Below are positions 9,108-16,021 of a stretch of 58,867 nt of DNA, piece after piece (position 1 is the stretch's first letter; every line of letters begins with the position of its first letter). The stretch lies in the IMG/VR virus record IMGVR_UViG_3300035145_003630. One strand, written 5' to 3'. The notes beneath the pieces were generated by a model. That model was given only the letters and a program-made list of their open reading frames with translations, was not told the DNA's origin and made no database searches. Source of the DNA: an uncultured virus (IMG/VR IMGVR_UViG_3300035145_003630). Taxonomy: Duplodnaviria > Heunggongvirae > Uroviricota > Caudoviricetes. The position numbers were made by a program, and so were the translations under genes.

Positions 9108-10254
9108 TTCGTGGTTGGTATCTCAAAGTCTTTATCTGAGGTTTTGAGTCTTCCTCTTTGGGAGTTTCCTCAGGTGTTTCTTCAATACTAACCTCTTTTT
9201 TAGAATTTTCAATCTTTTCTAAATGTTCTTTGAGCTTTTCAATGTCTTCATCAGTAGGATTGATGGGTTCAGGTTCCTTTTCATTATCCACCACAAATAT
9301 CTCTCCTGCTAAGATTTCATCCAATACTTCCTCAGGTAAATCATCCGCCCAATTCTGTTTCTTAGACTCTTGTAAATCTAATAAGTCTGAAAACTCATCT
9401 TCCACATCCACAGGTTCTTTGACCTTTGGTTGTGGTTCATCCTCTTTTTTACGTAGACGGTTGAAAGCAAAGTTCGCAGCAATCACCAATGAAATCGCCA
9501 ATGGGTCAAACACAAAGATGATGACCAACATAAGAATGTTCACCACCTTACTCATAGGTGTGTTGGTAAGTTCACTGATGTATTTCAATGGACCCAACTC
9601 CGCAGCAACCTCTGAGTTTGCTTGAACATCCAATCGTTTGATTTCTAATGATGTGATAGAATCGGTAACAATCTCCAATTTCTGAGATATCTCGTTTCTA
9701 CTTTCAACTGCTTCGTCCAACTCTGCTTGTAACGCTCGTCTCGTTGATGATGATGTGGTCGTAATAATCTGACCTGTTTCTTTATCTTTATATTGTATGA
9801 CGTTGTTTGCCAAACCTGCTCTTAGGTCAGAAATACTTTGGTCCAACGCCTCTTTCTCAGATAGGTAGTATGTACGGTTTTCCTCAAAACGTCCTTTCTT
9901 CAGGTCAATCAACTCAACTTCCTTATCCACAATACCTGCAGATGCTGCAGTCTCTTGGAACGCAGCAGATAAGAACCCGTAGATACCTGCAGAGGTGATT
10001 AACACCAAGACAAATGCAGCCACACTTAGGTAGGTTCTTAAAATTTTGTTAAGTTCACCCCAGTACTGATAAAGTAGGGATGCAATGACCAACTTAGCAA
10101 CCTCCAATGAAGATGCCATAATTAAAACCTGAAACGAGGCTCCCGCGAATAACTTAGAGAGCCCCGTTACAGAGTAGAATGCCGCTGACAAACTCACAGA
10201 TAGAGCCGACAGCGCTATAATAAATGGAAAAATCCTTTTTTGAATCTCTTTCAT
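9070..10254 (-). CDS. multi-TM membrane protein with central coiled coil
   Basis: Three N-terminal TM helices, a coiled coil, a further TM helix (VIIFVFDPLAISLVIAAN) and an acidic tail. Preceded by TATTTAT. Confidence 0.8.
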   Translation of the reverse strand: MKEIQKRIFPFIIALSALSVSLSAAFYSVTGLSKLFAGASFQVLIMASSLEVAKLVIASLLYQYWGELNKILRTYLSVAAFVLVLITSAGIYGFLSAAFQETAASAGIVDKEVELIDLKKGRFEENRTYYLSEKEALDQSISDLRAGLANNVIQYKDKETGQIITTTSSSTRRALQAELDEAVESRNEISQKLEIVTDSITSLEIKRLDVQANSEVAAELGPLKYISELTNTPMSKVVNILMLVIIFVFDPLAISLVIAANFAFNRLRKKEDEPQPKVKEPVDVEDEFSDLLDLQESKKQNWADDLPEEVLDEILAGEIFVVDNEKEPEPINPTDEDIEKLKEHLEKIENSKKEVSIEETPEETPKEEDSKPQIKTLRYQPRNANRSTRIDRIQ

Positions 10255-10296
10255 AATAAACTATTTAGGCTATACCACCTTATTATAAATAGTTTA

Positions 10297-11082
10297 TTAC
10301 ATGTAATCAAACAAATCTGAGGATTCATTACGTAGTTTACGGAGTGCTTTCTCCTTGATTTGACGGACACGTTCCTTCGTTAGACTGAAATCGGTACCGA
10401 TATCTTCCAATGTTCGTGGGACACCAGTCATACCGAAATAGTCCATAATGATTGACTTCTCACGGTCATCCAACACATCCATAATCTCAATCATCTTCTT
10501 CTTCAATAAGTCCGCAGTGTTGAAACCCTCATCAGGTTGGACAGCATTGACGTTCTCAATCAAATCAACCAACGTATCACCTTCCTCATTGATGTTCATA
10601 TCCAAATCAATGACCTTTGGAAGGGTGGTGAACTTCTCGTCCAACTCCTTATTGGTCTTCTGCGCTTCTTTCTTTGCACGATGCATCTCCTGAACAACAT
10701 TGACTGGTAGACGAATAGTACGAGAGTTCTCGTTCAAACTTTGGATGATAGATTGTTTAATCCACCACACCGCATAACTGATGAAACGTAACTTCTTCGT
10801 CCAATCAAAGTTTTTGATGGCTTTCATAAGACCCAAGTTCCCCTCTGCAATCAAGTCACCCAAAGGCAGACCCTGATTCTGATATTGTTTCGCCACAGTG
10901 ATGACGAAACGTAGGTTTCCTTGCAGCAACTCCTGATGGATAGCCTCACGCTGAGCTTCGGTGATATCGTCAGAACAAATCATGTCCGATAGTTCCTTCT
11001 CACGTTCAGGGGTCATCACTTTAATCTTTCTAATGTCAGAGAGATACATTTGAATCTCCTCTTGGTTCAATGGTGAACTCAT
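10297..11082 (-). CDS. RNA polymerase sigma-70 family factor, RpoD/SigA-like, lacking region 1.1
   Basis: Region 2 (NLRFVITVAKQY..DLIAEGNLGL..RFISYAVWWIKQSI) and region 4 (TLEDIG..LTKERVRQIKEKALRKLR). Start placed at ATG 11082. Confidence 0.93.
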   Translation of the reverse strand: MSSPLNQEEIQMYLSDIRKIKVMTPEREKELSDMICSDDITEAQREAIHQELLQGNLRFVITVAKQYQNQGLPLGDLIAEGNLGLMKAIKNFDWTKKLRFISYAVWWIKQSIIQSLNENSRTIRLPVNVVQEMHRAKKEAQKTNKELDEKFTTLPKVIDLDMNINEEGDTLVDLIENVNAVQPDEGFNTADLLKKKMIEIMDVLDDREKSIIMDYFGMTGVPRTLEDIGTDFSLTKERVRQIKEKALRKLRNESSDLFDYM

Positions 11083-11104
11083 AAATTTTTCGTTTTCTAT
11101 ATTA

Positions 11105-11683
11105 TTATTTGTATTCATTTGCATAACGGTCAAGAAGTTTACGCTCGTCCAAAGTTAAGGAATCTGGTCCATTTTCCACCAACTTATCCAATATATCATC
11201 CATTGAAGGTAAAGAATTGTCCATTAACATAGGGTCAACTTCCTCATCTTCATCCATATCAAAGGTGAAATCTAATTCTTTGGTGAAATATTCAATGATG
11301 CGGTCCAACTCTTCATCATCCTGTTTAACTTCCATCTCAGGAATGTTAATCATGATTTTTACATTCTCATTGTCTTTTTCCAAGTCAAAGAGGTTGTCCG
11401 CCAAGTCTTTCGGTAGTTTCGCAGATGTCTTCTCTGACATCGGCATTAGGAAATATTCATACTTATCCTCTTTCAAAGATTCATAGATGAATTTCTTGAA
11501 CTCATCAAAGGGGATGTCTGTATTAATCTTTATAATCATATGGTAGGCACCATAAATGTATTTAATAGTTTCATCGGTGCTGGCAAGAATAACCGACTTA
11601 CCGACCTGATTAACCTTATATTCCGTCGTGAAGTCTCCAAACACGAATAATAAGTATGTTTCGTTACTGTTTTCTATTGACAT
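11105..11683 (-). CDS. hypothetical protein with C-terminal DUF6576-like helix pair
   Basis: C-terminal MDDILDKLVENGPDSLTLDERKLL. The TTG start in the ORF track lies inside a promoter motif, so ATG 11683 is used. Confidence 0.7.
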   Translation of the reverse strand: MSIENSNETYLLFVFGDFTTEYKVNQVGKSVILASTDETIKYIYGAYHMIIKINTDIPFDEFKKFIYESLKEDKYEYFLMPMSEKTSAKLPKDLADNLFDLEKDNENVKIMINIPEMEVKQDDEELDRIIEYFTKELDFTFDMDEDEEVDPMLMDNSLPSMDDILDKLVENGPDSLTLDERKLLDRYANEYK

Positions 11684-11698
11684 ATCGTTTATTTTTTC

Positions 11699-11706
11699 CA
11701 AAGGTA
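11699..11706 (-). promoter_or_regulatory. Bacteroidota-type -7 element TAnnTTTG (TACCTTTG)
   Basis: Exact consensus match 15 nt upstream of ATG 11683. Confidence 0.65.
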
Positions 11707-11710
11707 AGTA

Positions 11711-11717
11711 TATTTAT
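11711..11717 (+). promoter_or_regulatory. TATTTAT putative late promoter
   Basis: 17 nt upstream of ATG 11735. The motif flips strand together with the gene. Confidence 0.65.
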
Positions 11718-11734
11718 CTATAAAACCAAAGAGT

Positions 11735-12364
11735 ATGAAAAAGATTTCTTTAACAGAATCTCAATTGACTGAATTGATTGAAAAGGTTGTAAAACAAAAA
11801 TTAGGCCAAATCAATGAGGATTCTGCAGATATAAATCAGGATGGTATCATTTCTCCTGAAGAGCTTTACCAACACTTTGACCTTGATGGTGACGGTGTGG
11901 TAACAATGGCTGATTACGCCGCTCACGTGGACTTCCACTGTGAAAACCCTGAACTACTTCAACCGTCAAGAGAATCTGACGAATACGTTATGAAGATGGA
12001 CCAAGACCGTGAACCATTCATGGCGTTCTTCAACGTTGAAGATATGGAACCAATGATGGAACAAGAGGAAGAAGATATGGACGAACAACCAGGTAAATAT
12101 CCTGTTGAAGACCCAATGTTCGACCTTGACGATTCTGACATTGCAGATATCATGTCATCTGACGGACCAATGAGAAGATTCAGAGGTTCTATTTACATCG
12201 ACGAAATGATTCCTGAAACTGACGATGTTGAATATGACAGAAAGTTAGCTATGAAGGTTTTAGAAAACTACGCTAAGAAACTACCAACAGGTGAATCATA
12301 CGTTGGTGGTGTAGGTTTCAAACAAAGAAGTTTAATTGAACCTTACGACAACATGGACTTCTAA
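11735..12364 (+). CDS. EF-hand pair-containing acidic protein
   Basis: DINQDGIISPEE and DLDGDGVVTMAD are DxDxDG Ca-binding loops. N-terminal KKISLTESQLTELIEKVV motif. Confidence 0.8.
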   Translation: MKKISLTESQLTELIEKVVKQKLGQINEDSADINQDGIISPEELYQHFDLDGDGVVTMADYAAHVDFHCENPELLQPSRESDEYVMKMDQDREPFMAFFNVEDMEPMMEQEEEDMDEQPGKYPVEDPMFDLDDSDIADIMSSDGPMRRFRGSIYIDEMIPETDDVEYDRKLAMKVLENYAKKLPTGESYVGGVGFKQRSLIEPYDNMDF

Positions 12365-12385
12365 CCAAACCCCTATATAAATAAG

Positions 12386-12412
12386 AAACCCACCATTACG
12401 GTGGGTTTTTTT
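12386..12412. terminator. intrinsic terminator between convergent genes (U-tract on +, possibly bidirectional)
   Basis: AAACCCACC-ATTAC-GGTGGGTTT stem-loop followed by a T-run. Confidence 0.8.
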
Positions 12413-12950
12413 ATACTCTTTTGGAATATCCTACTACTTGATAGAAATCTTTTTTATCGTCGCAATAATCTTTTACCAACTCCATCAATGTTTTGAACAT
12501 GAACGCACCTGTGGTCTGTTTCTCACAACGAGTGAACAATTCAATAAACGCAGTTAAGGTGTCCATTGGGTAATAACCATGACCGTTCAACTCGTCATAG
12601 ACAGAATCCAAGTTATTCTTTACCTGTAACTGGTAACCATCTCTTTCTTCTACCGTTTGGAAAGGCTCCAACTCATCATACTTCTCCAACATATTGTAGA
12701 TGAAACCTCTAACCAATCCTTTGTTGTATTCTGCTTTTACCAACAGGTCCACAATCCAGTGAGTGTGAGAAGGTGTTCTCAGTCTCTTTCCCGGTTCTCT
12801 ATATTTTACAATGAAGTCAAGGTCAGGATTTTCCCCACGGAATCCTTGGTAGATACCGATGGCCGTTCCATCTTTCATTGTGTAGTAGTTTAGTGGTGGG
12901 TAGTAGTTATCCGTTCCACGCTGTTTGTAAGTAAGTTCTTCTGTTGTCAT
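12411..12950 (-). CDS. hypothetical protein
   Basis: 179-aa ORF directly downstream of the methylase C-terminal gene. Confidence 0.75.
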   Translation of the reverse strand: MTTEELTYKQRGTDNYYPPLNYYTMKDGTAIGIYQGFRGENPDLDFIVKYREPGKRLRTPSHTHWIVDLLVKAEYNKGLVRGFIYNMLEKYDELEPFQTVEERDGYQLQVKNNLDSVYDELNGHGYYPMDTLTAFIELFTRCEKQTTGAFMFKTLMELVKDYCDDKKDFYQVVGYSKRV

Positions 12951-12951
12951 A

Positions 12952-13869
12952 TTATTTCATTAAGAATCCAAGTTCGTATACCAAAGGACGCATACGGTCC
13001 TCCATGTTTTTGTAAAGTTGACGGAACTCTTTGAAGTCTTCTTCAAAGTATTCTTTCCATACAAGTTTGAGTTGGGCGTAACCAGCATCCCATGAATCAA
13101 GGTGATTGTGGTCATCAGCCATTACTTGACGGAGTTCCATTGAACGTTCAACCAATTCTGTGGCTTTGTCCAACACTGCCTTTGCATCGTCAGAGAGTTT
13201 GTCGTAGATACGTTCTTCACCAAAGAGAAGTTTGTATACGTGACGGTCTGATGCGGTACGAGCGTCGTTGTAAAGTTCATCGTAACCGTTCTCGTCAGCC
13301 AATTCTTTCATTCGGTCAGCAGACATCCAAAAGAATTCGTTTTTGATATCCCACAACTTGTCTTTGTATTCAACTTGACGAAGTGAAGATTGTTCTGAAG
13401 AACTATTAAACAATGAATACACCAAAGAATCGTATTTGAATTGTTCAAATTGTTGATGTTCTTCGTTTGGGGTGAGATACTCGTCCTTATCATTTAACCA
13501 GTCACCTTTCACTATCTTTCTCGCAGAGAATAATGAAAAACATCTGAAAATATTCAATGGATGGATTGATAAACCATTACCCATAGCAAATGTTGAACTA
13601 CCAATAGTGACCGCTTGCGCACTTTTGTAGACATTATTTGAGTTATTTACCATATAACCAAGAAATCCATCTACAACAGACCCTCGACCATCCTGACCGT
13701 AATTAAGTGCAGATTTCATTTGTGGCGCATCGTGTGTTTTCATACCCTTGATTGGTTCTCTAACCCATTTAGAAGGAGAGACCACATCATCAGTATTATA
13801 AAGTTTTTTTACTGAGACTTTCTCAATATTAAAATCTTTATTCATCTCTAAAACATCAAATTCAAACAT
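12952..13869 (-). CDS. putative C-terminal/specificity part of a type IIG-like restriction-modification enzyme
   Basis: Follows the MTase gene, whose sequence ends shortly after the catalytic core. It has its own promoter. The function is inferred. Confidence 0.55.
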   Translation of the reverse strand: MFEFDVLEMNKDFNIEKVSVKKLYNTDDVVSPSKWVREPIKGMKTHDAPQMKSALNYGQDGRGSVVDGFLGYMVNNSNNVYKSAQAVTIGSSTFAMGNGLSIHPLNIFRCFSLFSARKIVKGDWLNDKDEYLTPNEEHQQFEQFKYDSLVYSLFNSSSEQSSLRQVEYKDKLWDIKNEFFWMSADRMKELADENGYDELYNDARTASDRHVYKLLFGEERIYDKLSDDAKAVLDKATELVERSMELRQVMADDHNHLDSWDAGYAQLKLVWKEYFEEDFKEFRQLYKNMEDRMRPLVYELGFLMK

Positions 13870-13887
13870 ACTATCTATTTTTATTTT

Positions 13888-13903
13888 TACAAATATAAGG
13901 ATT
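13888..13903 (-). promoter_or_regulatory. 16-bp element AATCCTTATATTTGTA containing TAnnTTTG (copy 2)
   Basis: Identical to 15406-15421. Lies between the two RM genes. Confidence 0.7.
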
Positions 13904-15380
13904 ATTTCTTAACTGACAAAATAGAAAAGGTTAAACCCCACGATTGAACATCAGCAAAGTTAGCAGCATCCATAATAAAACCACCGTCAAAATTATATGA
14001 ATCAAGGAGTTTCTTTCTGATTTTAATTGAACTTGGACCCGTCAAAAATAGTGGTTTAGTAAACATTACAATATTAGACTTTACCTCCTCAATAATTCTG
14101 TAAATAAATTGATTGTAAATTTGTTGAGTAGACTTACCCATATCATCAGTCCTCATCTTTTTACCAACCATCGTATCTGATAATCCAATCTTTTTAGCTC
14201 CTTTAGCATTACCATCATTAGCGGTAGCATAAGGTGGATTCATCAACACAATGATTTGACGACCTTCCTCAATCGCTTTACGAAGACCTTCAGGAAGTTT
14301 CTCGTAGTCATCGTTCAAAAAGTCGTACTGAAATTTAGTAGCCTCAGGGTTGTAACCCATTTGGTTCGCAGTATCAATATCTGATTGGTTCAATGTTGAA
14401 ACGTACAACTCACCGAATTTGTAGTCACGAGTCAAGTTACCCGTTCCCCAAGCTGGGTCCCATACCACGTATTCCTCTTTCCAATTCTCACCGTAAACAG
14501 ACGCAATGTATTCGTGAGCTTTGTCCACCCAAATTGCCGGTGTGAAGAACTCACCTTGCTTGCGACGAGTAGTGTCCTCAACGATACGGTCAACTACGGC
14601 CGCCAACTTGTGCTTCTGAGATGGAGAGTAAGATGATGCGAAGTGAGCGAAGAATGACTCAAATCCCTCACGTGATTGGATAGCAACCTCACCAAACGCT
14701 TTAGTAACAACCATCTTACGACGCTTCACAGGGTGAAGGTAGTTGTCGTCTTTGTTGACCAACATCTGAACGAACAAGTTTGCTTTCTCATTGGTAGTCA
14801 ATTTGATTCTCTTACCCAATACTTTGTCTTCAAAGTAACGGAATACCTCAGTGATGTTCTTATCAGTAACCAATACTTTACGTTGAACGTTATCAGTCAA
14901 ATCTTTTACCTTATCAACACATTGAGTGAAGTCATCAGAGTTGAATACAAATGGTTTGATGTTCTCGTCTTTGATAAGTTTCATCATCAACTCAGCGTTA
15001 CGGTAAGCTGAAGATGGAGCAACTTTCCAATCCAAGTCCATATCCAAGTAGTCAATGATATCGTTCACGTGAAGAGCAACACACTCGTTACGGTCTCCGA
15101 TGAAGATAGTAGATGGAGGAACCATCCCTGCCAAGTAGAACTTCTTGATGTAGTAGATAGACTGAGCAAGAACTTTACACAATTCAGCTTTGTTTGTTAG
15201 TTCCAAATCATCTTTGAACTCAAACAATACTCGAAGTTTGTTTTCTTTAGATACACCGTATCCATCACAACCGAAAGGAGAAGTGATTTCCATGTCTTTG
15301 AATTTAGTCATGAAAGTGTGACGGTAGATGTTTTCTACGTCCTTCTCGTTTAGTGCCATGTATAGTTCTTCAGTTCCCAT
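13902..15380 (-). CDS. N6-adenine DNA methyltransferase with N-terminal PD-(D/E)xK-like domain (type IIG/IIL-like)
   Basis: GEFFTP (motif X), WDPAWGTGNL (motif I) and MNPPY (motif IV). N-terminal E..D..EFK..Q...Y nuclease-like pattern. Confidence 0.85.
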   Translation of the reverse strand: MGTEELYMALNEKDVENIYRHTFMTKFKDMEITSPFGCDGYGVSKENKLRVLFEFKDDLELTNKAELCKVLAQSIYYIKKFYLAGMVPPSTIFIGDRNECVALHVNDIIDYLDMDLDWKVAPSSAYRNAELMMKLIKDENIKPFVFNSDDFTQCVDKVKDLTDNVQRKVLVTDKNITEVFRYFEDKVLGKRIKLTTNEKANLFVQMLVNKDDNYLHPVKRRKMVVTKAFGEVAIQSREGFESFFAHFASSYSPSQKHKLAAVVDRIVEDTTRRKQGEFFTPAIWVDKAHEYIASVYGENWKEEYVVWDPAWGTGNLTRDYKFGELYVSTLNQSDIDTANQMGYNPEATKFQYDFLNDDYEKLPEGLRKAIEEGRQIIVLMNPPYATANDGNAKGAKKIGLSDTMVGKKMRTDDMGKSTQQIYNQFIYRIIEEVKSNIVMFTKPLFLTGPSSIKIRKKLLDSYNFDGGFIMDAANFADVQSWGLTFSILSVKK

Positions 15381-15405
15381 ATCTATAAGTATTTCCGTTT
15401 AACAA

Positions 15406-15421
15406 TACAAATATAAGGATT
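15406..15421 (-). promoter_or_regulatory. 16-bp element AATCCTTATATTTGTA containing TAnnTTTG (copy 1)
   Basis: Upstream of ATG 15380. Identical to 13888-13903. Confidence 0.7.
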
Positions 15422-15432
15422 TATATTGAATC

Positions 15433-15885
15433 TCACAAATCCCCGTCATAAAAAATCACCTCAACACCACTTTCTTCAAACATCTGTTTGCTTCGTTTGG
15501 CGTGTTCGTCCCAGTGTTCTCTATTTCGTGTGGTGTCCTGAGTCTTACAGTAGATACGTCTTACCCCTGAACTGATAATCCCACGAGCACAGTCACTACA
15601 CGGTATTCCACAGGTCAGATACATTGTCGTATCACGAAGACTTACTCCGATACGTGCCGCGTTGTATAAAGCGTTACGTTCAGCGTGTTCGAACCAGTAA
15701 TATTTCTCAGGTCTTACCTGACGTTCTTCAACATCATCATTAATACCACGAGGAAAAGAGTTATACCCAGTGGTGATAATCTCATGGTCCTTACCAACGA
15801 TTACTGCACCAATTTTTGTTCTACGGTCTTTTGATTTCTCTTTTACCTGTTCGGCAATATTGAGAAAGTATTCGTCCCAATTCAT
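15433..15885 (-). CDS. dCMP deaminase
   Basis: WDEYF, GYNSFPRG, HAERNAL and PCSDC. Start placed at ATG 15885 (MNWDEYF). Confidence 0.93.
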   Translation of the reverse strand: MNWDEYFLNIAEQVKEKSKDRRTKIGAVIVGKDHEIITTGYNSFPRGINDDVEERQVRPEKYYWFEHAERNALYNAARIGVSLRDTTMYLTCGIPCSDCARGIISSGVRRIYCKTQDTTRNREHWDEHAKRSKQMFEESGVEVIFYDGDL

Positions 15886-15886
15886 A

Positions 15887-16021
15887 TCAATCTTTGTTTT
15901 CGTACCACGATGGATTTGGTAGACCTGAGTAATGGTCCCACGTTTCATCTGGTAACCAATTTACTGTTTCACCTGAGATACGTTGTTCGTCTTCTCTATC
16001 TTTACTATTCCGTCTGCCCAT
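15887..16021 (-). CDS. putative 44-aa micro-protein (MGRRNSKDREDEQRISGETVNWLPDETWDHYSGLPNPSWYENKD)
   Basis: Translated by hand. Overlaps the SbcC 3' end, and its TGA ends 1 nt before the deaminase ATG. Confidence 0.4.
   Translation of the reverse strand: MGRRNSKDREDEQRISGETVNWLPDETWDHYSGLPNPSWYENKD

Noticed and set aside
13870..13901. Pseudogene or programmed frameshift in the RM gene
   Set aside because: The gap is a 32-nt spacer with a perfect copy of the upstream promoter element and a good ATG context, not a single-base lesion. Not fully excluded without homologue alignment.
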